DNA of 64,000 nucleotides from Rhodothermales bacterium (GTDB taxonomy: Bacteria; Bacteroidota; Rhodothermia; Rhodothermales; UBA10348), in NCBI GenBank assembly GCA_017643395.1, contig JAEPNP010000004.1, positions 169,745 through 233,744 of the forward strand, given 5' to 3'. The notes beneath the pieces were generated by a model. It ran no database searches. It was not told where the DNA came from and was given only the letters and a program-made list of their open reading frames with translations. Of the stretch, positions 37,789 to 47,192 are shown in pieces. Each line of letters opens with the position of its first letter. The first letter of the stretch is position 1. The position numbers were made by a program, and so were the translations under genes.

Positions 37789-40149
37789 TTATTCATAGCG
37801 AAGGGCGCGTACGGGATCGACAGTCGCCGCCCGAATCGCCTGGTAGCCGACCGCTGCCCAGGCAGCACCCAGCGTGATCGCGAGGGCAAGGAGAAAGCGG
37901 GTCCAGGGCATGCCCGGCGAGGCGGCAAATCCTTCGATCCACCATTGCACGCCCGCCCACGTCAAGGGAGTCGCGACCACAAAGGCGATGCCTACCAGGA
38001 CCAGAAGGTCACGAGACAGGAGGGCCACCATGCCGGGCACGGAGGCACCCAGCACCTTGCGAATACCGATCTCCTTGGTGCGTCGCTCGGCGGCCAGCGC
38101 GGCCAGGCCGAAAAGTCCGAGGCAGGCGATCAGCATGCCCACGATGGAGAAGAGTCCCAGCAGCGTTGCCAGCCTGTCTTCGGAGCGGTAGAGAGCGTCA
38201 AACTGCTCGTCCAGAAAGCGGTATTCAAAAGGACGACCCGGATTGAAGGCCTTCCACGCATCCTCCAGGCTCGCCAGGGCTTCCGGGACCGGCCCTGGAG
38301 CAAGCCGGGCGGACGCCCAGTCGTAGTAGTACGACTCGGGCAGGATGTGGAACAGAATGGGGTCCAGGCTTCTGTGAAGCGAGTTGTACTGGAAGTCACG
38401 CACAACGCCGACCACTTCCCCTCGCTTGTCGATGTGGCCGTTGAACCAGACACCGAGATCGATCTGCTGACCCACGGCCTGCTCGGGGCTCCATCCGATG
38501 CGGGCTGCGGCAGACTCGTTGAGCAGGAATGCGGCAGAAGCGTCGGTCGGGTACTCCCAGGAAAAATCCCGGCCCGAAACCACCTGCAGGCCGTAGGTCT
38601 CCACGTAGTCCTGGTCAACCGTCAGGACCATCAGGTTCACGCTGTCCAGCGGTGCCTGGACGGGCCGCACGACCCAGTCGTGAATGCCGTCCCCCAGCCC
38701 GGGCATTCCAGACGACGCGGTCGCGTACTCGACCGCCGACAGCGCCCTCCAGGAATTCAGCAGAGACTGACTCTGGTACTGATTCTCCAACTCCCGGAAC
38801 GGCACGATCACCACGCGCTCCTTGTCGAACCCGAGTCGTTCGCTGCGCACATAATCGAGTTGGCGCTGCACAACACCCGTGGTCACGATCAGTGCGATCG
38901 CAATCACGAATTGGGCCACCACCAGACCACGCCGCAGCACGGATGCCGAGTGTGTACTGTCTCCAACCAGGCCACGCACGGCCCTGGATGGTGCGAGCCG
39001 TGACAGCAACCAGGCCGGATAGGCACCCGCCGCGGTCGAGACGATCATCACCGTGCCCAGCGCAAGCAGGGGCATCCACGGCTGGAGTGCCAGCCCCGTC
39101 GCAATGTCCTTGCCGCTCAGCCTGTTGAATGCGGGCAGGAGTGCTTCCAGGAGAACCAGAGCGAGGACCACCGCCGCGGCCGACTGAATGGCGCTCTCCA
39201 GCCAGAACTGACGCAATAGCTGCCAACGGCCGGCTCCCAGTGCCTTGCGCGTGCCCACCTCGCCGGCGCGAACGAGCGTCCGTGCTGCCGCCAGGTTGGT
39301 GAAGTTGGCGCACGCCACGGCCAGGATGAGCACGGCGATGATCGAAAACAGGTAGACGTACGTGATGTCGCTGCTGGGCCCAAGCGTTTGCTGCATGGGT
39401 GCCCGCAGCCTGAGGTCACCCAGGGGCACGAGGTCGATGGTTCGGGTAGAGGCTCGAACCGGTCCCAGGCGACTCTCCGAGAACGCCGGCAGGCCGGCGC
39501 GAACGGCGCCTGCATCCCCCGAATCCCGCATCAGGCCGAAGGTGTAGAGCGGCGGATGGTCCCAATTGCGGGGATCCTCGATCCAGGTGCCATAGAGCGT
39601 GCGCATGCTCGAGAAGGAGGCAAGCACGCCGAACTGGAGGAGCGTTTGGCGCGGCGGGTCCTGGATAACGGCAGTTACCTCGAAGGCGTGCGTGCCCTCA
39701 TCGTCCGTGCCAAGTAGGGTTTGTCCCAGTGCGTCTTCCCCCCCGAAATAGCGTCTGGCAGCCGACTGGGTCAGAACCACGCTGAACGGCCGCTCAAGGG
39801 CGGTCTGCGGTGATCCCTGCTCGAACCCGAACGTGAACACGCTGAAGAACGTGGAATCCACGAAGAGCATGCCCTCTTCCTGCACGGCTTCCCTGCCGTC
39901 GGCCTGGAGCAGCATGTCCTGAGGCAAGACCCGGACTGCGTCCTCCAGCTGCGCGAAGTCTTCCTTCAGCGCCAGCGCCAGCGGCCCGTAGGTGGTGCCT
40001 ACGCGCAGCGGTCCATCCGCGGAGGGCCATTCCTCCACAAACTGCACGATTCGATCTGCGTGTTCGTGACCCCGCTCCCACCCCAGTTCATCCGTGACGA
40101 ACAGCAGTATCAGGCCACAGCACGTCAGGCCGAGCGTAAGCCCGAGCAC
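37789..40149 (-). CDS. duplicated FtsX/MacB-type ABC transporter permease (true N-terminus probably extends to about 40218; no canonical start)
   Basis: 786 aa from GTG 40149. The 23 in-frame codons upstream (VVRAEIRSAIRRVRKHPGNAAIH) align with the N-termini of the three paralogs. Confidence 0.8.
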   Translation of the reverse strand: MLGLTLGLTCCGLILLFVTDELGWERGHEHADRIVQFVEEWPSADGPLRVGTTYGPLALALKEDFAQLEDAVRVLPQDMLLQADGREAVQEEGMLFVDSTFFSVFTFGFEQGSPQTALERPFSVVLTQSAARRYFGGEDALGQTLLGTDDEGTHAFEVTAVIQDPPRQTLLQFGVLASFSSMRTLYGTWIEDPRNWDHPPLYTFGLMRDSGDAGAVRAGLPAFSESRLGPVRASTRTIDLVPLGDLRLRAPMQQTLGPSSDITYVYLFSIIAVLILAVACANFTNLAAARTLVRAGEVGTRKALGAGRWQLLRQFWLESAIQSAAAVVLALVLLEALLPAFNRLSGKDIATGLALQPWMPLLALGTVMIVSTAAGAYPAWLLSRLAPSRAVRGLVGDSTHSASVLRRGLVVAQFVIAIALIVTTGVVQRQLDYVRSERLGFDKERVVIVPFRELENQYQSQSLLNSWRALSAVEYATASSGMPGLGDGIHDWVVRPVQAPLDSVNLMVLTVDQDYVETYGLQVVSGRDFSWEYPTDASAAFLLNESAAARIGWSPEQAVGQQIDLGVWFNGHIDKRGEVVGVVRDFQYNSLHRSLDPILFHILPESYYYDWASARLAPGPVPEALASLEDAWKAFNPGRPFEYRFLDEQFDALYRSEDRLATLLGLFSIVGMLIACLGLFGLAALAAERRTKEIGIRKVLGASVPGMVALLSRDLLVLVGIAFVVATPLTWAGVQWWIEGFAASPGMPWTRFLLALAITLGAAWAAVGYQAIRAATVDPVRALRYE

Positions 40150-40214
40150 GTGAATGGCGGCGTTCCCCGGGTGTTTTCGGACCCGGCGAATGGCCGAACG
40201 TATCTCTGCGCGAA

Positions 40215-40919
40215 CTACCCCATCGCCGTGTCTACCTCGTATTCGCGCTCCACGCGACCGTCAAGCAGCTCCACCACCCGGTCACCGTAGGCCGCGTAGT
40301 CCTCATTGTGCGTCACCTGCACTATGGTGACGCCCTCCTCCTGATTCAGCTGCCGGAGCAGCGTCATGATTTCGTCCCCCTGCGTGGAATGCAGGTTTCC
40401 GGTCGGCTCATCCGCGAGAATGAGTTTGGGTTGGATGACCAGGGCCCTGGCCACGCCGACCATCTGCTGCTGCCCACCGGAAAGCTGGCTTGGGAACAGA
40501 TCCTTCTTGGCGACCATGTTGAACCGGTCCAGGGCGTCGGCCACGATGCTCTTGCGCTCGGCACCCTTGATCTTGCGATAGAGCAGGGGCGTCTCGAGGT
40601 TCTCGTAGACGGTCAGATCGTCGATGAGGTGGTAGGCCTGGAAGACGAAGCCGATGTGCTCCCGGTGCAGTTGGGTCTTCCTGCGCGCACTCATGCGGTG
40701 CACAGGCTCATCGAAGAAGTGATACTCCCCGCTGGTGGGCTCATCCAGCATGCCCAGGATGTGCAGCAGCGTGGATTTGCCGGAGCCGGACGGCCCCATG
40801 ATCGACACAAACTCCCCCTGCCGGATCTCGACGCTCACACGACGCAGCACGTGGCTCTGGGTGAGCCCGTGGTCGTAGGACTTGGTCAGGTTTTCAGTGC
40901 GAATTACGGGGTCGGCCAT
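40215..40919 (-). CDS. ABC transporter ATP-binding protein (MacB/LolD-type)
   Basis: Walker A GPSGSGKST, signature LSGGQQQ, Walker B LILADEPTGNLH. Confidence 0.92.
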   Translation of the reverse strand: MADPVIRTENLTKSYDHGLTQSHVLRRVSVEIRQGEFVSIMGPSGSGKSTLLHILGMLDEPTSGEYHFFDEPVHRMSARRKTQLHREHIGFVFQAYHLIDDLTVYENLETPLLYRKIKGAERKSIVADALDRFNMVAKKDLFPSQLSGGQQQMVGVARALVIQPKLILADEPTGNLHSTQGDEIMTLLRQLNQEEGVTIVQVTHNEDYAAYGDRVVELLDGRVEREYEVDTAMG

Positions 40920-43334
40920 CTATTCGTAGCGCAGGGATTTGACGGGGTCGGCAAGGGCAGAGCGCAGGGCGTGGTACGATACCGTCGACAGAGCGACGAG
41001 AAGCACCAGGGATCCGGCGATGGCGAACTGCCAGGGTGTGAGGTTGACCCGATAGGCGAATCCGTCGAGCCAGCCGCTCAGGGCCAGCCATGCGGCCGGC
41101 GCCGCCAACAGCGTTGCGATGGCCACCAGGACTGCGAACTCCCGTGAGACGAGACCGGCCAGACCCGGCACGGTGGCACCAAGCACCTTCCGGATTCCGA
41201 TTTCCTTGCTGCGTCGGGTCACGGTCAGCGAAGCCATGCCGAACAGCCCAAGACAAGCCACCAGGAGTGCAATCAGAGCGGAGGCCTGCACCATCTGAGA
41301 CCAGCGCTCGTCATTCTCGTAGGCGCGCGCCACGTCCTCGTCCAGGAATGTGTAGGTGAACGGCACTTCGGGGGCGAACGCCTGCCAGGCCCCCTCTGCA
41401 GAAGCGATTGCGTCCTGAACGCGGCCCGCGGCCGGACGGACAAGCACATAGGCCATCCACTCACCGGCCATGAAGAACATGGTCGGCTCCACATCGGAAT
41501 GGAGCGACCTGAAGTTGGAGTCTCTCAGCACCCCGATGATCTCCGGGTCTCCTTCCTGGCCAACAATGCGTTTGCCCAGTGCTTCTTCGGCGGTCCACCC
41601 CCAATCCGCGGCGAACGCCTCGTTGATGAGCGCCGAAGACGAGTCGGCGGACCGGGCTGCGTCGAATCCTCGGCCGGCCACCAGCTCCATCTGCAGCAGA
41701 TCCGTCAGCCAGGCATCGATGGCGTATTCGTAGGCCCGTTTTTCGACGCCATCGACCATCCAACTCGACGAGGAGGACCCGCGGTTCAGACTGAGCGAGA
41801 TGCCGGCAACGCCTTCCACGTCAGACCGGGTCTCCAGGGTGTTCCTGAGGTGATCTCGAAGCGCGAACTCATCCAGCCCGGAGGTCGGCAGGACAAAGAC
41901 CTGCTCGGCGTCATAGCCGAGGTCGCGGTCCTGGAGGAATCGGAGCTGCGCCTGCATGACGAGTGCTCCGGATACCAGAGCGACCGAGGCCGCAAACTGT
42001 ACCAGAAGCAGTCCGCGTGACAGTGTGTTGCCTCCGGAGATCCTGAACCGACCCCGCAGGGCCTCCACCGGGCGATGCCGGGAGACTACCAGTGACGGAT
42101 AAAAGCCCGCCGCGAGACCGGTAAGCCCGGCCACGCCCACCATTGCACCCAACAGCCAGGGTCTGGCCAACAGATCCAGATGCAGCTCCTTGCCCGACAA
42201 CTGGCTGGCGGCAGGAGCCAACGCCTGCGCCAGCACCAGGCCTCCAACCAGGCCGAGGGCGGCCATGAACACGGCCTCTCCGCCGAACTGCGCGGCGATT
42301 TCCGCGCGACGGGCCCCAAGCGCCTTGCGCACGCCGATCTCCGATGCGCGGGTCGCGCTCTGGCCGATGGCAATCAGCGTGAAGTTGATGCACGCGAGAA
42401 GCAACACGAGGCCGGCGATGCCCAAAAGAATCCAGGAGTACCGCGGATCCGATGTAGGCACGAATGCGGCGCGCACGTCACTGCGCAGGTGCAGCTCCTT
42501 CAGGGGTGTCAGGGCAATCCCCGACGGATCGCCCTCCCCCGTCCACCATCCCACCTCACGGCCGCGCTGGGCGCGGTCCGGATAGAATGTGGTCCACAGG
42601 CCAGCGGCCCGGGTCTGCGCAGCCTGCAGATCGGTGCCCTCCTTGAGCAGAGCGTAGACCGGAAACGACGAAGAGCGCCAGTTATCCACCCGTGAGGCGA
42701 TCCAGTCGTACACCAGTGGGGTCCGTTCAAACGGGAGGAGTACCTCAAACGGCAGATGCGTGCCGGCCGGAGCCGGGTACACGACCGCCGAGACAGTGGC
42801 CGTCTCGTACGATTCCTGGAACCGAATCTCCAGGGTCTCCCCGACGACATCGGTCCTGCCAAAGAAGCGGTCCGCAGCCTCGGTGGTCAGCACCACCGAA
42901 CCAAGGTCTTTCAGGGCCGAAGGCAGCACCCCGGAAGCCGCCTGGTAGGTAAACACGTCGAAAAACGTGTCATCTGCCCACAGCACGGGCTGTTGGTGCA
43001 TGACGCCCTCAACTCGGACCACGACCTGGGAGTCGCTGAACCGTACCGTAGCCTCAACATCCGCATGCTCGCGGGCGAACGCCTCCGCAAATGGATACGG
43101 ATGTTGCGGCTGCTGCTCCGCGATGGACCCGTCGGGCTCGAAATCCACATCGTCGACCCGCACGATACGGTCGAGATGCTCATGCCAACCGTCATAGGAG
43201 AACTCGTCGGCCACAAAGAGCACGATGAGCGTCGTGACGGCAAGCGCCACGGACAATCCGAGCACGTTGATCGCCGCATACAGGCGCTGCTTGCGCACGA
43301 CGCGCAACGCCTGTACCACATAGTGCCGAATCAT
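40920..43334 (-). CDS. duplicated FtsX/MacB-type ABC transporter permease
   Basis: 804 aa. MIRHYVVQALRVVRKQRLYAAINVLGL N-terminus, two FtsX blocks, C-terminus DPVKSLRYE. TGATG overlap with the upstream ATPase. Confidence 0.85.
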   Translation of the reverse strand: MIRHYVVQALRVVRKQRLYAAINVLGLSVALAVTTLIVLFVADEFSYDGWHEHLDRIVRVDDVDFEPDGSIAEQQPQHPYPFAEAFAREHADVEATVRFSDSQVVVRVEGVMHQQPVLWADDTFFDVFTYQAASGVLPSALKDLGSVVLTTEAADRFFGRTDVVGETLEIRFQESYETATVSAVVYPAPAGTHLPFEVLLPFERTPLVYDWIASRVDNWRSSSFPVYALLKEGTDLQAAQTRAAGLWTTFYPDRAQRGREVGWWTGEGDPSGIALTPLKELHLRSDVRAAFVPTSDPRYSWILLGIAGLVLLLACINFTLIAIGQSATRASEIGVRKALGARRAEIAAQFGGEAVFMAALGLVGGLVLAQALAPAASQLSGKELHLDLLARPWLLGAMVGVAGLTGLAAGFYPSLVVSRHRPVEALRGRFRISGGNTLSRGLLLVQFAASVALVSGALVMQAQLRFLQDRDLGYDAEQVFVLPTSGLDEFALRDHLRNTLETRSDVEGVAGISLSLNRGSSSSSWMVDGVEKRAYEYAIDAWLTDLLQMELVAGRGFDAARSADSSSALINEAFAADWGWTAEEALGKRIVGQEGDPEIIGVLRDSNFRSLHSDVEPTMFFMAGEWMAYVLVRPAAGRVQDAIASAEGAWQAFAPEVPFTYTFLDEDVARAYENDERWSQMVQASALIALLVACLGLFGMASLTVTRRSKEIGIRKVLGATVPGLAGLVSREFAVLVAIATLLAAPAAWLALSGWLDGFAYRVNLTPWQFAIAGSLVLLVALSTVSYHALRSALADPVKSLRYE

Positions 43335-44026
43335 CAGACCGCGTAGGTCTTGGACATGAAGTTCTCGGTCACCACGTGCCCGTCGAAGAGGTGGATGGTG
43401 CGATGACTGTATTCGGCGTCCGCCGGCGAGTGGGTGACCATCACGATCGTCGTGCCCGCCTCATTCAGTTCGGTGAGCAGCTTCATCACCTCCTCGCCGT
43501 TGGTCGAATCCAGATTTCCGGTGGGCTCGTCAGCAAGGATCAGCGCCGGGTTGGCCACGACTGCGCGGGCAACGGCGACACGCTGCTGCTGACCGCCGGA
43601 CAGCTGCTGCGGAAAGTGGTCTTTCCTGTGCATGATCTGCGTGCGCTCCAGCGCTGCCGAAACCCGCTCGCGACGCTCCTGGGCCGACACGCCGAGGTAC
43701 AGCAGTGGAAGCTCCACGTTTTCGTAGACCGTGAGCTCATCGATCAGATTGAACGACTGGAAGACGAAGCCGATGTTGCCTTTTCTCAGCTGAGCGCGCT
43801 GGCGCTCGGACAGGGTGGCCACTTCGGTGCCGTTAAAATCGTAGCTGCCCTTCGACGGGCTGTCGAGCAGTCCGAGAATGTTGAGCAGGGTAGACTTGCC
43901 GCATCCGGACGGCCCCATAATGGAGACGAATTCGCCCGGAGCGATGTCGATGGAGACGCCGTTCAGGGCCGTCGTTTCCACCTCATCAGTGCGGTAGGTC
44001 TTCGACAGATTCGAAGTCTTGATCAT
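43334..44026 (-). CDS. ABC transporter ATP-binding protein (MacB/LolD-type)
   Basis: Walker A GPSGCGKST, signature LSGGQQQR, Walker B LILADEPTGNLD. Confidence 0.92.
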   Translation of the reverse strand: MIKTSNLSKTYRTDEVETTALNGVSIDIAPGEFVSIMGPSGCGKSTLLNILGLLDSPSKGSYDFNGTEVATLSERQRAQLRKGNIGFVFQSFNLIDELTVYENVELPLLYLGVSAQERRERVSAALERTQIMHRKDHFPQQLSGGQQQRVAVARAVVANPALILADEPTGNLDSTNGEEVMKLLTELNEAGTTIVMVTHSPADAEYSHRTIHLFDGHVVTENFMSKTYAV

Positions 44027-44056
44027 GGGTGTATAGGGTTGATGCCCCTCTGGGCG

Positions 44057-45415
44057 TTATTCCAGAATCAGTCGGTCTGCGTCTCCGAATGAGGCATAGC
44101 TGGATGTGATGACCCGGTCCCCTGGCTCGAGGCCGTCCATGACCTCCAGGAACAGCGGGTTCTGGCGACCTACGGTGACGTCCCGCCGAACGGCCTCCCC
44201 ATCGGAAGTCAGGACGTAGACCCAGCTCCCCCCGGTCTGCTGGGCGAAGCCGCCGCGCGGAAGCAGCATGGCGTCTGCCGAGTCACTCATCTCCAGGCGG
44301 AGACGAATGGTCTGGCCACGGCGAATGTCGGGCGGCGCCGGACCCGAGAATTCGAGATCAACCTCAAACTCACCGTTGGCGACTTCGGGGTACACACGTG
44401 TGACCCGCATGTCGTACTCCACTCCAGCCACGGGCAGGGTGGTCGCGGATTGTCCAGCTTGCACGCGTGCGATGTAGAACTCATCCACCCCTGCACGGAC
44501 GCGGAAGCTCGTGAGTTCGTCGATCTGGCCCAGCCTCGATCCGGGTGTATGGATCTCCCCGAACTCAACGTTCAGGGACGTCAACTGGCCCCCGATGGGC
44601 GCGCGCACGATCAGGTTGTCCAGAATGCGCTGAATGACGTCATAGTTGGCGTCCATGCGTTGCACCGAGGCCTGCATCTGCCCCAGTTGACTCGCCATGC
44701 GCAGCGAATCGGCCCGGTAGCCGTCCAGCGTCAGCTGCTTGGTGCGCAGGTAGTAGTTGTACTCGTCCGCAACCGTATCGAACTCCTGCTGCGAGATCAG
44801 CTGCTTCTCGAAGAGCTCCTGATTGCGCGCATAGAGCTTCTGCAACCTCTGGATCTGGTAGTCCATCTCAGCGATTTGCTGCCGCAGGTTGAGTGCATTC
44901 TGCTCCATGCGGAATTGAGTGTCCTGCACCCGGTTGATCTGCTCCATGCGCTGGGCGTCTGCGTTGATCAGCCGCAGCTGCAGGTCGTTGTTGGAGAGGG
45001 CCAGGAGCGGCTGACCGACAGTCACCTGGGTGCCCTCCAGAACGTAGATCTCCTCGACGCGGCCCCCTTCCACGGCGTCCAGGTAGACCGTGCGACTGGG
45101 CTCGACGTTGCCGGTGACCTGAGCGTATTCCTGGAAGGGCCCGATTTCGACGGTCGAGATCGTCAGCCGCTCTGCAGGAACGCGAAGCTTGCGCCCTCCC
45201 ATGGACGACTGCACCGCGTACACGAGCAACAGAATGACCAGGAGTGCCACCACGGCGCCCGCGATCCGCGCCGGTGTGAACCGCTTGCGGGCAACACGGC
45301 GGTCTGACCCTTCGCCCGTCCCCCGGTCACCGGAAGGACGTCCAGGCCCTGGGTTGACCGGACCGGACCCCACCTTGCGGGTCAGGATCGAGGCAGATGA
45401 GGTGTTGGGCTCCAT
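44057..45415 (-). CDS. HlyD-family periplasmic adaptor (membrane fusion protein)
   Basis: N-terminal TM anchor, long coiled-coil hairpin region, barrel-sandwich and beta-barrel segments. First gene of the operon. Confidence 0.85.
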   Translation of the reverse strand: MEPNTSSASILTRKVGSGPVNPGPGRPSGDRGTGEGSDRRVARKRFTPARIAGAVVALLVILLLVYAVQSSMGGRKLRVPAERLTISTVEIGPFQEYAQVTGNVEPSRTVYLDAVEGGRVEEIYVLEGTQVTVGQPLLALSNNDLQLRLINADAQRMEQINRVQDTQFRMEQNALNLRQQIAEMDYQIQRLQKLYARNQELFEKQLISQQEFDTVADEYNYYLRTKQLTLDGYRADSLRMASQLGQMQASVQRMDANYDVIQRILDNLIVRAPIGGQLTSLNVEFGEIHTPGSRLGQIDELTSFRVRAGVDEFYIARVQAGQSATTLPVAGVEYDMRVTRVYPEVANGEFEVDLEFSGPAPPDIRRGQTIRLRLEMSDSADAMLLPRGGFAQQTGGSWVYVLTSDGEAVRRDVTVGRQNPLFLEVMDGLEPGDRVITSSYASFGDADRLILE

Positions 45416-45463
45416 GAACGAGGGGCTAAGTGGTGATGAGACAGCACGGGTCCCTGTCCCGTT

Positions 45464-45479
45464 TGCAAGGCGTGTGCCA
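45464..45479 (-). promoter_or_regulatory. sigma-54 (-24/-12) promoter for the HlyD/ABC operon
   Basis: The minus strand reads TGGCACACGCCTTGCA, 49 nt upstream of the HlyD start. It differs from the promoter at 32424 by one spacer base. Confidence 0.8.
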
Positions 45480-45542
45480 TGTGGCCTGTAGGCCGTTCAG
45501 AGGGGGTTTGGCTGTCGCTGGTGATCGGCGCTGTACAGCCGG

Positions 45543-45558
45543 TGTCCGAATTCGGACA
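45543..45558. promoter_or_regulatory. palindromic enhancer-like site 1 (TGTCCGAATTCGGACA)
   Basis: Perfect 16-bp palindrome centred 73 bp from the GG of the -24 element. Confidence 0.65.
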
Positions 45559-45620
45559 GACCTGTTCGTCGGCGAAGAGGATGCCGGCCGGATTCTCGGT
45601 GATCGGCAGCGATACATGAG

Positions 45621-45638
45621 GTGTCCGCTGCCGGACAC
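45621..45638. promoter_or_regulatory. palindromic enhancer-like site 2 (GTGTCCG-CTGC-CGGACAC)
   Basis: Perfect 7+7 inverted repeat with the same core. Confidence 0.6.
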
Positions 45639-45675
45639 TTGAGATGCCGGCCACCGATTCGTCTTTCGCCCCAGA

Positions 45676-45693
45676 GTGTCCGTTTTCGTACAC
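45676..45693. promoter_or_regulatory. palindromic enhancer-like site 3 (GTGTCCG-TTTT-CGTACAC)
   Basis: Same core with one mismatch in the right arm. Confidence 0.5.
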
Positions 45694-45803
45694 TGAGCGC
45701 GATCCAGCGGAATGTGCCTGTGCATGGCACGGTCTTGGGGTAGTGCGCTGCCCGAACATCCTCGCGTGCCTTCAGCAGCGCGGGCCTGAACACTGCCCTG
45801 ATC

Positions 45804-47192
45804 ATGTCCAAAACACTCGGATCCCTGCTCATCGTCGACGACGACGAGGACGTACTTCACGCTCTAAGGCTCCTGCTCAAGCAGCACGCTCGGCGTGTGC
45901 ACACCGAGAAGAACCCGGAGCGCATTCCCAGCCTGGTCCGGAACGAGGACTACGATCTGATCCTGTTGGACATGAACTTCAAACAGGACGTCACCAGTGG
46001 CCGCGAGGGCTTTCACTGGCTGGGTCAGATACTGGAATATGATCCCGGGTCAGTGGTGGTCATGATCACTGCGTACGGGGACGTGGATACCGCGGTGCGT
46101 GCCATCAAGGAGGGCGCCACCGACTTCGTGGTCAAGCCCTGGCAGAATGAACGGCTGCTGGCGACGCTGACGTCAGCAAGCCGCCTTCGGGAATCGCGTC
46201 GTGAGGTGGGACGCCTGCGTCACCGAGGGCGCCAGTTGGCGAGAGATCTCGATCATCCGTATCAGGAGTTCGTCGGAGGCGCGGCACCCAGTATGCAGCG
46301 GGTGTTCGAGACGATCGACAAAGTGGCCGGTACCGATGCCAATGTGCTGGTCCTGGGTGAAAACGGCACCGGCAAGGAACTGGTGGCGCGCGCGCTGCAC
46401 CGAGCCAGCAAACGGAACGAGGAGGTCTTTGTCACGGTCGACATGGCGGCGATCGCCGAGTCCCTCTTCGAGAGCGAGCTTTTCGGACACCGGAAGGGCT
46501 CCTTCACGGACGCCAGGGAGGATCGCGCGGGGCGTTTTGAGGTCGCTTCCGGGGGCACCCTCTTCCTGGACGAAATCGGCAACCTGTCGGCACCCCTGCA
46601 GGCCAAGCTGCTCACCGCCCTGCAGCGGCGCGAGGTGATTCGTGTCGGGTCCAACAAGCCGATTCCATTTGACGTGCGGCTCATCTGCGCCACCAACATG
46701 CCCATCTACGAGATGGTGCGTGAGAAGTCCTTTCGCCAGGATCTTCTCTACCGAATCAACACCGTGGAAATCCGCTTGCCGCCGCTTCGTGATCGCGTCG
46801 CGGACATTCCGTTGCTGGTGGACTTCTTCCTGGAGCAGTACCGCCAGAAGTACCAAAAACCGGTGCGCGGAACTACTCCCGGCGCTCTGGCCAAGCTCGA
46901 GAAGTACCGCTGGCCCGGCAACGTGCGCGAACTCCAGCACATGATCGAACGGGCTGTGATCATGACCGAGAGCCCGCTCCTTCAACCGGAGGACTTCTTC
47001 TTTGCCGGCGAACACAGTCTCGACCCGTCCTTTGACGGTTTTGTGTTCGACTCCTATGATCTGGCGGAGGTAGAAAAGACGGTGATCCGGCGCGCCCTCG
47101 AGAAACATGGTGGTAACATCAGCCAGGCGGCGGATGAGCTCGGCCTTACCCGGGCTTCCCTGTATCGAAGGCTGGAGAAGTACGGACTGTGA
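45804..47192 (+). CDS. sigma-54-dependent response regulator (NtrC/Fis family)
   Basis: REC domain (LIVDDDEDVL...DLILLDMNF), AAA+ domain with Walker A GENGTGKE and GAFTGA-type loop (GSFTDA), C-terminal Fis HTH. Confidence 0.92.
   Translation: MSKTLGSLLIVDDDEDVLHALRLLLKQHARRVHTEKNPERIPSLVRNEDYDLILLDMNFKQDVTSGREGFHWLGQILEYDPGSVVVMITAYGDVDTAVRAIKEGATDFVVKPWQNERLLATLTSASRLRESRREVGRLRHRGRQLARDLDHPYQEFVGGAAPSMQRVFETIDKVAGTDANVLVLGENGTGKELVARALHRASKRNEEVFVTVDMAAIAESLFESELFGHRKGSFTDAREDRAGRFEVASGGTLFLDEIGNLSAPLQAKLLTALQRREVIRVGSNKPIPFDVRLICATNMPIYEMVREKSFRQDLLYRINTVEIRLPPLRDRVADIPLLVDFFLEQYRQKYQKPVRGTTPGALAKLEKYRWPGNVRELQHMIERAVIMTESPLLQPEDFFFAGEHSLDPSFDGFVFDSYDLAEVEKTVIRRALEKHGGNISQAADELGLTRASLYRRLEKYGL

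Noticed and set aside
45725-45740. Sigma-54-like TGGCACGGTCTTGGGG upstream of the NtrC-like regulator gene (possible autoregulation)
   Set aside because: The -12 element reads TGGG where TTGC is required at the correct spacing. This is too weak to call without data.
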